From an uncultured bacterium (GTDB lineage Bacteria; Eisenbacteria; RBG-16-71-46; JABDJR01; JAWXBZ01), in contig CAZQVN010000002.1 in the NCBI GenBank assembly GCA_964596775.1, positions 156,296 through 220,295 on the forward strand: DNA of 64,000 nucleotides, in the 5' to 3' direction. Positions 28,049 through 37,718 of the stretch are shown here, in pieces (within the stretch, counting starts at the first letter, position 1; every line of letters begins with the position of its first letter). Position numbers and translations under genes: made by a program. The notes beneath the pieces were generated by a model that had not been told where the DNA came from, ran no database searches, and saw only the letters and a list, made by a program, of their open reading frames with translations.

Positions 28049-29308
28049 ATGCCCTTCCTGCCTCAAATGATCCGAACTCCCGGCGTTGTCGGGATTGTTC
28101 TGGGTCTGGCCGTGCATCTCGTCTCTCTTGTTCCGGAACAGGCCCGCGGGCAGTCGGCCGGAACGGGCATCGACAATTTCGAGCGCGAAATTCTGGATGT
28201 CGTGGGCAGGGCTCGAACTTCGGTCGTCAGCATCGAGGCACTGGTGGAGCAGGATCGCGGGGCGGGCATGGGCAGATCCCAATCCGGAAAACTCCCCCCG
28301 CGAAGAATCGGTTCGGGGATTGCGATCAGCGAGGACGGCTGCATCGCAACGACCGCGTCGATCGTCGACGGCGCAACCACGATCATGGTGCGAACCCCGT
28401 CCGGCGAGACGCGAAAAGCCGGACTCGTCGGAATAGACAGGCGCACCAACATTGCCCTCATTTCCTGCCAGGCCAAGGGGATGCCTGCGGCGAGGCTGGG
28501 AGACTCCAGCCTGGCCCCGCCCGGCGCCCGGGTTGTCGTGGTGGGCAGTTATCCGGTCGCTTCGCCCCTCTGCTCCTTCGGTACGATCGTTCTGGATCGT
28601 GGGCTCGTCTGGGGTTACTCCGAGGTTGAAATGCTCCAGGTCAGCGCCCCGGCCAAGGGAGTCAACAGCGGATCCGCGGTCGTCAATGCCGAGGGGCGCG
28701 TGATCGGCATGGTGTCCGGCGTCTACGACGAATCCGTGACCGGTGGTCGACCCTCGTCTCCTCCAGGGATTTCCGGATACATTTTCCAGAATCGGGTGGC
28801 CGCGTCGCCGCACAACGACGCTTTCTTCGCGGTTCCCATCGAGAAGGTCCTGGACATTGCCGCCGAGCTGAAGGAGCGGGGACGGGTGGACCGTGGTTTC
28901 CTGGGGATCATCGTCCAGAAGGATGAGCAGGCCTCCTCCAGGGGGGGAGTCGTGGTTCGGGACATTCTTCGCGGCGGTCCGGCTTCGGTGGCGGGAATCC
29001 AGGTCGGAGATGTGATCCTTCAGTACTCCGGCCGCAATCTGTCCATCGGGGATGACCTCACGTTCCTGGTCACCGCAACCCGGCCCGGCTCGCTTGTGGG
29101 GTGTCAGATCAAGCGGGGGAACGAGCAACTCCGCCTTGTGGAAGTGGTCATCGGACGAGCCCCGAACAGCTACGCCTGGCTTCCGCGCGAACTCGACCCG
29201 TCGCTTCCGGCGGAACGGCTCTGGCCCGAAGATGCCCCGGACCTCGTGCCCGCCAATGGGCGGGCCGGCGAGTCCACCACCGGGGTCGGCAAGAAGAAGC
29301 GCCCCTGA
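28049..29308 (+). CDS. HtrA/DegP-family trypsin-fold + PDZ protein, catalytic triad apparently degenerate
   Basis: Signal/TM at N-terminus. Trypsin fold GSGIAISEDGCIATTASIV...NIALIS...KGVNSGSAVVNAEGRVIGMVSG. PDZ GFLGIIVQKDE...VAGIQVGDVILQYSGRNL. Compared with E. coli DegP from memory, the His position (TNNHVV) reads TTASIV and the Asp position (DIALIQ) reads NIALIS; Ser is retained. Confidence 0.7.
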   Translation: MPFLPQMIRTPGVVGIVLGLAVHLVSLVPEQARGQSAGTGIDNFEREILDVVGRARTSVVSIEALVEQDRGAGMGRSQSGKLPPRRIGSGIAISEDGCIATTASIVDGATTIMVRTPSGETRKAGLVGIDRRTNIALISCQAKGMPAARLGDSSLAPPGARVVVVGSYPVASPLCSFGTIVLDRGLVWGYSEVEMLQVSAPAKGVNSGSAVVNAEGRVIGMVSGVYDESVTGGRPSSPPGISGYIFQNRVAASPHNDAFFAVPIEKVLDIAAELKERGRVDRGFLGIIVQKDEQASSRGGVVVRDILRGGPASVAGIQVGDVILQYSGRNLSIGDDLTFLVTATRPGSLVGCQIKRGNEQLRLVEVVIGRAPNSYAWLPRELDPSLPAERLWPEDAPDLVPANGRAGESTTGVGKKKRP

Positions 29309-29334
29309 CCGCAAAAACCGCAAGGACCCTGCGG

Positions 29335-30399
29335 GTGAACCTCCCCGGCCGTGCCTATCGGATCGAGATCGGTCCGGGCCTTCTGGCCGATGCCGATGTC
29401 CGGATTGCACGGGTGGCGCCCACTGCCCGCCTGCTGGTCGTCGCGGACCGGAACGCCGATCGCCTCCATGGCGGCGCCCTTCGAAAATCGCTCGACCGCC
29501 GGTTCGACAACCGAGTGGTTGTGCTTCCACCCGGCGAGCGGACGAAGTCCCTGAAGCATGCCGAGAAACTGTATTCCGCATGCCTTGAATTCCGACTGAC
29601 GCGGCACGATTTCATCGTTGCGTTCGGCGGGGGGGTCGTCGGCGACCTCGCCGGTTTCGTGGCCTCCACATGGCTGCGTGGGCTCGAGCTTGTCATGATC
29701 CCGACAACTCTCCTGTCGCAGGTGGACAGTTCCGTCGGCGGAAAAGTCGGGGTGAACCTGGGCGGGGTGAAGAATCAGGTCGGCGCCTTTCACCAGCCCC
29801 GTCTCGTCATCTCCGATACGGATTGCCTGGAAACGCTGCCGGACCGTGAGATCAGAAGTGCGCTCGCCGAAGTCGTCAAGTGCGCCATGATCGCCGATGC
29901 TTCCCTCCTGCGCCGGATCGAGCGCCACACCGAAAGAATCCTCCGGAGGGATCCCGTGCTGCTGCCCGGACTTGTCGCGGACTGCTGCAGGATCAAGGCC
30001 CGCATCGTTGCGGTCGACGAGCGGGAATCCGGAATTCGCGCCGTGCTGAACTATGGCCACACGGTGGGGCACGCTGTCGAAGCCGCGGCCGGAGGGCGCC
30101 TCCGGCACGGCGAAGCCGTTGCGCTTGGAATGAGGGCTGCGGCGGCCATAGCCGTCCACCTGGGTTGCATGACCCCGTCCGACAAGCAGAGGCAGGATGA
30201 AGTACTGAACAGGATCGGGCTTCCGCGGAAACTCGCAGGGGTCACTGCGGAGGACGTCATGGCCAAGATCAATAATGACAAGAAGATACAAGGCTCGGAT
30301 GTCCGGTTCGTGTTGACACGCGGGATCGGCTCTGCTAGTTTGGCGCGGCCTGTTGAACCCGCACTGATTCGAACCGCCATCGGCGAAATTCTGGCGTGA
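29335..30399 (+). CDS. aroB: 3-dehydroquinate synthase
   Basis: GTG 29335 (MNLPGRAYRIEIGPGLL...). FGGGVVGDLAGFVAS...GGKVGVNL...HGEAVALGMRAAA. The ORF-track N-terminal extension overlaps the HtrA gene and is rejected. Confidence 0.8.
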   Translation: MNLPGRAYRIEIGPGLLADADVRIARVAPTARLLVVADRNADRLHGGALRKSLDRRFDNRVVVLPPGERTKSLKHAEKLYSACLEFRLTRHDFIVAFGGGVVGDLAGFVASTWLRGLELVMIPTTLLSQVDSSVGGKVGVNLGGVKNQVGAFHQPRLVISDTDCLETLPDREIRSALAEVVKCAMIADASLLRRIERHTERILRRDPVLLPGLVADCCRIKARIVAVDERESGIRAVLNYGHTVGHAVEAAAGGRLRHGEAVALGMRAAAAIAVHLGCMTPSDKQRQDEVLNRIGLPRKLAGVTAEDVMAKINNDKKIQGSDVRFVLTRGIGSASLARPVEPALIRTAIGEILA

Positions 30400-30540
30400 A
30401 AAGATGTTGTGCCGGATGCACTTAGGTTGATCCAGGCTCCCAGGATCATCCGGCGGGTCGGCGCGGGGCACGGACTCGACCCGACGCCGAATTCCAACCT
30501 GCGTGCGTGACATCCCGAAAATTCCGAAAATGAGGACTGG

Positions 30541-31014
30541 ATGCGAATCGAAGAGGTCCGAAAACTAGTAAAGCTCGTGGAGGAGAGTGAGATCGGCGAG
30601 CTGGACGTGTGGAAGTGGTGGGGTCGCATTCGGATTTCCAAGAATTCTCATGGAGCCGGAAACGGAACGGTCACATTTGCCGCTTCGGCGCCGCCTCCGG
30701 AGAAGCACACCGTTGAGGCACCCGCCGGGGGCACCCCCCGGCCGGAACCGAAGGCAGCCGAGAGCACCGACGGACTGACCCCCGTCAAGTCACCGATGGT
30801 CGGCACGTTCTACCGGACCCCGGCACCCGATGCGGATCCCTATGTGGAACCTGGAGATGTGATCGAAGTCGGTCAAACGATCTGCATCATCGAGGCCATG
30901 AAACTCATGAACGAGATCCAGGCCGAAATCCGGGGCAAGGTCGTTAAGGTTGTCGCGGCGAACGGCCAGCCCGTCGAGTTCGGGCAGGTCCTTCTCCTGG
31001 TCGACGAGTCCTGA
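30541..31014 (+). CDS. accB: Biotin carboxyl carrier protein of acetyl-CoA carboxylase
   Basis: C-terminal lipoyl/biotinyl domain SPMVGTFYRTPAPDADPYVEPGDVIEVGQTICIIEAMKLMNEIQAEIRGKVVKV (EAMKLMN biotinylation motif). Pro/Ala-rich linker. Confidence 0.85.
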   Translation: MRIEEVRKLVKLVEESEIGELDVWKWWGRIRISKNSHGAGNGTVTFAASAPPPEKHTVEAPAGGTPRPEPKAAESTDGLTPVKSPMVGTFYRTPAPDADPYVEPGDVIEVGQTICIIEAMKLMNEIQAEIRGKVVKVVAANGQPVEFGQVLLLVDES

Positions 31015-31045
31015 CACCGGAACCGCGTTCCGGAAGGAGTGAACT

Positions 31046-32161
31046 GTGAATATCAAGCGGATCCTCGAACGGATGATCGAAGAAAGGGCGTCCGACCTTC
31101 ACATAAAGGCCGGAACCGCCGCTACCATTCGCGTGGACGGCCGCCTGATCCCGCTGGATGAACCGATCCCGAGCCAGAAGGACATCGAGACGGTCATGGA
31201 GCAGATCCTCACTCCGAAGCAGAGAAAGCACTTCGAGGACTCGCGCGAGATCGATTTCGCGTTTTCCATTCCAGGGCTGTCCCGCTTCCGGTCGAACTTC
31301 TACCAGCAGCGCGGCACGATCGCCATGGCGCTTCGCCAGGTTCCGTTCGGCGTGCCCAGCCTCGAGGAACTGTGCCTTCCCGCCACCCTGGGCGACCTGA
31401 TTCTGAAGAGCCGGGGGATGATTCTCGTCACCGGCACGGTCGGCACCGGCAAGTCGACATCGATGGCCTCTATGGTTCAGCACGTGAACCGGACGACCCA
31501 GAAGAACATCATCACCGTCGAGGATCCGATCGAGTTTCTGCACCGCGACGACAAGAGCCTCATCAGCCAGCGCGAGGTCGGTCTCGACACGGCTTCGTTT
31601 CACGACGGGTTGAAATACATTCTCCGCCAGGATCCGGACATCATCATCATCGGGGAAATCCGCGACATCGAGACGATGCGCGTTGCGGTCATGGCCGCCG
31701 ACACGGGCCACCTCGTCGTGGCCAGTCTCCACACGCCCGATGCATCGCAGACGATCAACCGGATCATCTCCTTTTTCCCGCTGCACGAGCATGAAGAAGT
31801 CCGCTACCTGCTCGCGTCGAATCTTCTCGCGGTCGTGTCCCAGCGGCTCATACCCCGCAAGGAGGGCTCGGGCCGTGTCCCGGCGGTCGAGATCATGATG
31901 AACACGGCCACGATCAAGGAATACATCATGGATTCCAAGAAGACCTCCGGGATCTACAAGGCGATCCAGGAAGGCGTCAACCAGTACGGGATGCAGACGT
32001 TCGACCAGGCGCTGATGTCGCTCTACAAGAAGGAGCAGATCAGCTACGAGGATGCCATCCGCTACAGCTCGAACCCCGCCGAGTTCGACCTCCGGGCCCG
32101 CGGCATTCACGCGGCTTCCGACAAGACCTGGGAGCAGTTCGAGGGCGAAGCACTGCGCTGA
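31046..32161 (+). CDS. pilT: Type IV pilus retraction ATPase PilT (twitching motility protein)
   Basis: MNIKRILERMIEERASDLHIKAG...Walker A GTVGTGKST...IITVEDPIEFLH...IIIIGEIRDIETMRVAVMAADTGHLVVASLHT (His box)...AHAASD. Matches PilT/PilU rather than PilB (no N-terminal GSPII domain). Confidence 0.8.
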   Translation: MNIKRILERMIEERASDLHIKAGTAATIRVDGRLIPLDEPIPSQKDIETVMEQILTPKQRKHFEDSREIDFAFSIPGLSRFRSNFYQQRGTIAMALRQVPFGVPSLEELCLPATLGDLILKSRGMILVTGTVGTGKSTSMASMVQHVNRTTQKNIITVEDPIEFLHRDDKSLISQREVGLDTASFHDGLKYILRQDPDIIIIGEIRDIETMRVAVMAADTGHLVVASLHTPDASQTINRIISFFPLHEHEEVRYLLASNLLAVVSQRLIPRKEGSGRVPAVEIMMNTATIKEYIMDSKKTSGIYKAIQEGVNQYGMQTFDQALMSLYKKEQISYEDAIRYSSNPAEFDLRARGIHAASDKTWEQFEGEALR

Positions 32162-32260
32162 ACGGAGGCCGGTCACCGGCTTAACATCGAACGTATCATC
32201 AACTAGAATGTCCGCCGGGTCGGGATTCCGATCCGGCGTTCTCGTTCCGGGGGAAGCACG

Positions 32261-33634
32261 ATGTTCAAGAAGATACTGATAGCAAACCGCGGAGAGATCG
32301 CGCTCCGGGTCATTCGCGCCTGCCGTGATCTGGGAATCGAAACGGTTGCCGTGTACAGCGAGATCGATCGGGACTCGATTCACGTTCGCCTGGCGAACGA
32401 GGCCATCTGTATCGGCGGCGCTCCCTCGCGCGAGAGCTATCTCAACATTCCCCGGATCATCAGTGCGGCGGAGATCACGGCTGCCGAGGCCATCCATCCC
32501 GGCTACGGATTCCTGTCCGAGAACCCGTCGTTCGCCGAAGTCTGCGAGTCCTGCCAGTTGACGTTCATCGGCCCGACGTCCGAGCAGATACGCAGGATGG
32601 GGGACAAGGCGGCCGCCCGCCAGGCCATGGACGAGGCCGGCGTGCCGATCGTTCCGGGCAGCGATGGCCCGGTGCGAACCTACGAAGCCGCCGTCGCGGC
32701 GGCGGAGATCACCGGATACCCCCTGATCGTGAAAGCGCTGGCGGGCGGGGGAGGGCGCGGCATGCGCGTCGTGGAATCCGCGGGCGAGCTGAAGGACAAG
32801 TTTTCCATGGCCCAGGCCGAGGCCCAGTCGGCGTTCGGAAACGGCGAGGTGTACATGGAACGCTATCTGCGCCGTCCCCGGCATGTGGAGATCCAGCTCA
32901 TGGGCGACCTCCACGGAAACTGCGTTCATGTCTTCGAGAGGGACTGCTCCGTCCAGCGTCGTCACCAGAAGCTCGTGGAGGAATCGCCCTCCCCGGCGGT
33001 GAACGAGGAGTTGCGGTCCCGGATGGGAGAAGCCGCGCTCAAGGGCGCCAGGGCCATCAACTATCGCGGCGCGGGAACCATGGAGTTCCTCCTCGACGAG
33101 GACGGCTCTTTTTATTTCATGGAAATGAACACGCGGATTCAGGTGGAACACCCGGTCAGCGAAGTCGTCTCCGGCCTGGACCTGGTCAAGGAGCAGATCC
33201 GTGTGGCCGCGGGGGAGCCGCTCGGCTACACGCAGGGCGACCTGCATCTCAAGGGGCACTCCATCGAGTGCAGGATCAACGCCGAAGATCCGGACAAGGA
33301 CTTCCGGCCGTCTCCGGGCCGCGTGGAGTACCTCCATTTTCCCGGAGGGCCGGGTGTGCGCGTCGACAGCCACATCTACGCCGGGTACAGCATTCCGCCC
33401 ACGTACGATTCCCTGATCGCCAAGATCATCACCTGGGGGGATGACCGCGGACAGGCCCTGTCGCGCATGCGGCGGGCGCTTGGCGAGACGCTCATCGAGG
33501 GCATTCCGACGACGATCCCCTTTCAGCTCCGGGTGATGTCGGAACCCGAGTTCATCAGCGGAAAGTTCGATACATCCTTCGTGTCCAGGCTGCCGGCCCG
33601 CGAAACCCGTCCCGCCGAACCGCAGCGCTCCTGA
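32261..33634 (+). CDS. accC: Acetyl-CoA carboxylase biotin carboxylase subunit
   Basis: [34 protein letters not shown]...ATP-grasp...[14 protein letters not shown]... Confidence 0.9.
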   Translation: MFKKILIANRGEIALRVIRACRDLGIETVAVYSEIDRDSIHVRLANEAICIGGAPSRESYLNIPRIISAAEITAAEAIHPGYGFLSENPSFAEVCESCQLTFIGPTSEQIRRMGDKAAARQAMDEAGVPIVPGSDGPVRTYEAAVAAAEITGYPLIVKALAGGGGRGMRVVESAGELKDKFSMAQAEAQSAFGNGEVYMERYLRRPRHVEIQLMGDLHGNCVHVFERDCSVQRRHQKLVEESPSPAVNEELRSRMGEAALKGARAINYRGAGTMEFLLDEDGSFYFMEMNTRIQVEHPVSEVVSGLDLVKEQIRVAAGEPLGYTQGDLHLKGHSIECRINAEDPDKDFRPSPGRVEYLHFPGGPGVRVDSHIYAGYSIPPTYDSLIAKIITWGDDRGQALSRMRRALGETLIEGIPTTIPFQLRVMSEPEFISGKFDTSFVSRLPARETRPAEPQRS

Positions 33635-33639
33635 GCGCC

Positions 33640-34389
33640 ATGACCACGTCCGTCGACGGGAGTCGCCGTATTGACGTGCTGCTGTCCCCGGCCGAGCTCC
33701 AGGACCCCGGCCGCGATCGCGGCGTGATCGTCGTCGATGTTCTGAGGGCGACGACCGTCATCGCCCGGGCGCTGGCGTCCGGCGCCCGGCGGATTGTTCC
33801 GGCCGGAAGTCTCGAGGACGCTTTCGACCTGAAGCGGAAGCTCGGACCGGACGCGCTGCTGTGCGGTGAGCGCGATGGAAGACGGGTGGACGGTTTCGAT
33901 CTCGGCAACTCACCACTCGAGTACGTTCCCGAAGTCGTGCGCGGGAGGACATTGATTCTCGCCAGCACGAACGGGACGGTGATGCTCAGCCGTGTTTCCG
34001 GAGCGCGGCGTGTGCTGACGGCGGCATTGACGAACTCCGCCGCCGTGGCCCGTGCCGTCGTCGCGGACGGCGGATGCTGGACCATCGTCCCGTCCGGCAA
34101 GCTGGGGCGGGCCTGTCTGGAGGATCTCCTGTGCGCGGGCCGGATTCTGGGTGCGCCCGGAATGACCCGGCCCGATCCGGCTGACGGGGACGACGCGGCC
34201 CGCCTGGTTCTCGACCTCCATGCCCGAACGAGCTCGGACCTCGCGAGCGCGCTGCGCGAGGCCTCGCACGGGCAATACCTGGTGGAGATCGGGCATGAAC
34301 GGGACATCGAGGCCTGTGCGGCAGCGGACACGCTCGATGTCGTGCCGGAGATGTCTCAAGGCTGGATTACCGCTTCGATCCCCGAGTGA
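33640..34389 (+). CDS. 2-phosphosulfolactate phosphatase (ComB) family protein
   Basis: VVDVLRATTVIARALASGARRIVPAGS...CGERDGRRVDGFDLGNSPLEY. ComB-family pattern recalled from memory. Confidence 0.6.
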   Translation: MTTSVDGSRRIDVLLSPAELQDPGRDRGVIVVDVLRATTVIARALASGARRIVPAGSLEDAFDLKRKLGPDALLCGERDGRRVDGFDLGNSPLEYVPEVVRGRTLILASTNGTVMLSRVSGARRVLTAALTNSAAVARAVVADGGCWTIVPSGKLGRACLEDLLCAGRILGAPGMTRPDPADGDDAARLVLDLHARTSSDLASALREASHGQYLVEIGHERDIEACAAADTLDVVPEMSQGWITASIPE

Positions 34390-34404
34390 TTCGCGAAACC
34401 GGGG

Positions 34405-35040
34405 TCAGGCCTCCGGGCCGATCCGTTTCATGACGAGGGCATACTCCGCGGCCCGTGCGCGGATGTCGATAGCGGACCAGAGTCCGCTGATCACGGCCAG
34501 GCCGGACGCGCCAAGGTCGCGAACGGCAGCGGCGTTGCCTGTCGAGATTCCGCCGATTCCGACGACCGGGATTCGCGCCGTACTGCACAGGTCGCGGAAC
34601 ACCCCGTGGTCGAGCGGCGTCGCGTCGGTCTTAGTTGCCGTCGGGTACAGGGAGCCGGCCGCAGCGTAGTCGGCCCCGGACAACTCGGCCTGTTGCAGTT
34701 GCTCGATAGTCCGGGTCGAAACGCCCACGATCCAGTCGGGGTGCAGCCTGCGGACCGTGTCGACCGGAACGTCGCTCTGGCCAAGGTGCACGCCGTCGGC
34801 GCCGCCGGCGGCGGCGACATCCGGCCGGTCATTGACGAGGAGGGGAATCCGGCGGTCCCGGCAGACGGGGAGCAGCTGGCGGACGGCCAGGTACAGGGAC
34901 CGGGGTGCAATCCCCTTGCCGCGCACCTGAACCATGGTGACGCCCCCGTCGATGGCGTCGGCGACGAGCCGGGCATGAACGGGGTTTCCGGGGGCGAGGT
35001 CGACGATGGCGTAAACGGCGGGATCGAATCCGCGTTTCAT
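34405..35040 (-). CDS. thiE: Thiamine-phosphate synthase
   Basis: AVYAIVD...GVTMVQVRGKG...IPLLVNDRPDVAAAGGADGVHLGQSDV...PVVGIGGIS. Confidence 0.75.
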   Translation of the reverse strand: MKRGFDPAVYAIVDLAPGNPVHARLVADAIDGGVTMVQVRGKGIAPRSLYLAVRQLLPVCRDRRIPLLVNDRPDVAAAGGADGVHLGQSDVPVDTVRRLHPDWIVGVSTRTIEQLQQAELSGADYAAAGSLYPTATKTDATPLDHGVFRDLCSTARIPVVGIGGISTGNAAAVRDLGASGLAVISGLWSAIDIRARAAEYALVMKRIGPEA

Positions 35041-36119
35041 TTCGGAGCCCGGACAAGCAGGACAACGGCAGCCGCCAGGAACACGATATTGCCCATCCAG
35101 GCCGCCGGGTCCGGCGGAATCTGTCCCGCGTGGCCGAGCACCCGGCCGAACTGGACGAAACAGATATACGTCATGAAGATGGCGAAGGACAGTCCGAAGC
35201 CGATGGCGATGCCGCCCCGGCGCAGCCGGACCGCGAGTGGCGCCGCAAACAGGGTGGCCAGGAACACGCCCAGCGGGTAGGCAAGCTTGAGACTTCGTTC
35301 CGTGGCATAGATTGAAGTGGGACGACCGCTTTCGCGCAGTTTCCGGACATAGGTCCCGAGGTCCCGGAAGCTCATCTGGTTCTCGTCGACGTCGCCCTGG
35401 GCCAGGTCCTCGGGAGTCTCCCTGAACTCCGGAAAGGCAAGAGAGTCGAACGGCACGAGCACCTCGTCATCTCCGTAGAACGTTCGGACGACCCCGTTTC
35501 GAAAGGTCCAGGCGCCGCCGGTCCAATCCGCGATCCGCGCATCAACGCGTCGCGTGAGCCGGTTCTCCTCGAATTCCTGGACCATGACTTCCTGAAGCTG
35601 CTCGTGCCGGATGTCGAAGCGACGGACCGTGTACACGCGCCCGCCGGATCCCAGGTAGCTCAGGTTCATCTTGATTCCGAACCTGCGGGGAACTCTTCCT
35701 CGAATCTGCTCGTCGTAGATGTTCTTCCGATTCTGCTCGGCTCCCGGCAGCAGCGTCTCGGATACGGTGAACACCGCTCCACTGACGAGCAGGGCGAACA
35801 GGTAGGCCGGCAGGAAGATCCGGTAAAGGGATATCCCCGCGGTCTTCATGGCCGTGATCTCGTTGAACTTCGTCATCTGGCCGAAGGCCATGAAGGTGGC
35901 CAGGAGAATGGCCACCGGGGACATGAAGATGAAGATGTAGGGAACGCGGCTCACGTAATAGCTGGCAATCAGCCGGGCGGGAGTCCGGTTGTCCACGAAG
36001 ACGTCGATGCGCTCGAAGATGTCGAAGATGACGTAGAGCAGGATCGTACCGACCACCATGAGGATGAAAAAGCTCACGAGGTTTCGCAGCAGGTAGCGGT
36101 CCAGTTTCCGTCCGATCAT
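35037..36119 (-). CDS. lptG: LPS export ABC permease LptG (YjgP/YjgQ family)
   Basis: ATG 36119 (MIGRKLDRYLLRNLVSFFILMVVG...) overlaps the lptF stop (ATGA). 6-TM permease with a periplasmic beta-jellyroll insert. The ORF-track N-terminal extension is rejected. Confidence 0.7.
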   Translation of the reverse strand: MIGRKLDRYLLRNLVSFFILMVVGTILLYVIFDIFERIDVFVDNRTPARLIASYYVSRVPYIFIFMSPVAILLATFMAFGQMTKFNEITAMKTAGISLYRIFLPAYLFALLVSGAVFTVSETLLPGAEQNRKNIYDEQIRGRVPRRFGIKMNLSYLGSGGRVYTVRRFDIRHEQLQEVMVQEFEENRLTRRVDARIADWTGGAWTFRNGVVRTFYGDDEVLVPFDSLAFPEFRETPEDLAQGDVDENQMSFRDLGTYVRKLRESGRPTSIYATERSLKLAYPLGVFLATLFAAPLAVRLRRGGIAIGFGLSFAIFMTYICFVQFGRVLGHAGQIPPDPAAWMGNIVFLAAAVVLLVRAPK

Positions 36120-37471
36120 GGCCTGATGTCCCGCCCGCGGACCGTGTTCCAGGTCATCCACAGAGCCGGGATGGCGAGAACCACGTTGGGAGCCCACATG
36201 GCTACCGCCGGCGAGACGATGGTCCGCTCGGCAAGCTGTTCTCCACCGATGAGGAACAGGTAGTACACCAGGAAAAACCCGATCGACAGGGCGCTGGCCG
36301 CGATTCCACCCCGGCGTGCCTTCATGCCGATCGGCGCCCCGAGAAGCACGAAAACCAGGCAGGCGAACGGAATGGAGAATTTCTTGTGCACCTCGACCCG
36401 GTAGGAATTCATTCGCTTCTCCAGGTTCGTGATGTCGAGGCTGGCCATGTACAGCCGTTCCTTGTCCTGTTCGAGGATCGAAACGCGGGCGGTGTCGGCC
36501 TTCTGGCCGGCGATTCCCGCAACCGCCAGCCTGGCCCTTTCGACCAGGCCGGCCATCCCCCGGGGCGGAGGGAGCACCTTGCGCTGGAACGTCGCATAGT
36601 CCGAAAAGCCGAGACTGTCGAGGTCGGCCACAAGAAGTGATTCCCGCTGGGCATGGCTGGCTTCAAACCGCCGGATCTGGCGATTGAGTTCGGGGATGTC
36701 CATCTCGCGCTCGCTGCGCGAGTCGCGCTGCATGTCCTCGAGGACGGCATCGGCGTTGTGCAACAGGAGCGTGTGGTGCTGAAAGGCGATTCGGCGGTAC
36801 TTGTTGACGTCCCCATCGGGCGGCACTTCGTGAATCTCCCCGTCATTCAGGTCGAAACGAAGCGTGGCTCCATCCTCGGAGTAGGTGAGGTGGCCGGTTT
36901 CGGCCAGGATCGTGACCGGAATGTCGCTCTGCGAGAAGTCGTAGATCGTGATGTCCCGCATGAATCCCGTCTTGTTGTCCACGTGCCCGACGATGAGGCT
37001 GCGGTCGGGAAAATCCGTGATGAAGACCCCCTCGCGAATGCGGGCGGCCGGACTCTTTCGATTGATGGCCAGACTCAGGTTCGCAAACATGTGATTCGTG
37101 TCGGGAAGAATGTAGTTGTTGAACAGGGCGAGCAGCGTGGCCACGAACAGGGCCGCCAGAAAGACCGGACGGATGACCCGACTGAGATTGACTCCGCAGG
37201 CCCGGAAGGCGGTGATCTCGTTGTCCTGGGACAGCCTGCCGAACGTCATGAGTGATCCGACCAGCACCCCGCAGGGAACGGACAGGGCCACGATCCAGCC
37301 CAGTGCCAGAAGAAACAGCTTCAGAACGACGAGAAACGGGATTCCCTTTCCCACAAGCAGATCAAGGAAGCCGAAGAGAAACTGAAAGATGAGGACGAAG
37401 GTGGAAACGCCGAACCCGAGGAAGAAGGGAAACAGACATTCCCGAAGGACGTACCGCTCCAGTAATTGCAT
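36116..37471 (-). CDS. lptF: LPS export ABC permease LptF (YjgP/YjgQ family)
   Basis: MQLLERYVLRECLFPFFLGFGVSTFVLIF... Paralogue arranged in tandem with lptG. Confidence 0.7.
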   Translation of the reverse strand: MQLLERYVLRECLFPFFLGFGVSTFVLIFQFLFGFLDLLVGKGIPFLVVLKLFLLALGWIVALSVPCGVLVGSLMTFGRLSQDNEITAFRACGVNLSRVIRPVFLAALFVATLLALFNNYILPDTNHMFANLSLAINRKSPAARIREGVFITDFPDRSLIVGHVDNKTGFMRDITIYDFSQSDIPVTILAETGHLTYSEDGATLRFDLNDGEIHEVPPDGDVNKYRRIAFQHHTLLLHNADAVLEDMQRDSRSEREMDIPELNRQIRRFEASHAQRESLLVADLDSLGFSDYATFQRKVLPPPRGMAGLVERARLAVAGIAGQKADTARVSILEQDKERLYMASLDITNLEKRMNSYRVEVHKKFSIPFACLVFVLLGAPIGMKARRGGIAASALSIGFFLVYYLFLIGGEQLAERTIVSPAVAMWAPNVVLAIPALWMTWNTVRGRDIRP

Positions 37472-37718
37472 AGTTTTATGAAACTTGCCGCTTTCTCTCA
37501 GGTTCCACGCTACGTTGCCCGGTCTGCCCGCCCGCCCGCTGACTGGAGGGTCGCCGCCTTCGGTCCGCCCGGTCCGACAGCCCAGACATCCGAGCGGCTT
37601 TCCGCAGTATAGGGGTTTGCCGGTCGATTCAACCAGACGGGCCCGCGCGAGTTTGACACCGAAGCTCGGCTACTGCTAACTTTCAGGTTCATAGTCACTT
37701 ACGGACTTTGCTGTTCCG

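Noticed and set aside
30944-33373. 809-aa ORF antisense to pilT/accC, and similar antisense ORFs (11581..12678, 13112..14767, 42051..44159, 48627..50138, 53581..55125)
   Set aside because: No recognizable motifs. Each is opposite a well-supported conserved gene. High GC suppresses stop codons in off-frames.
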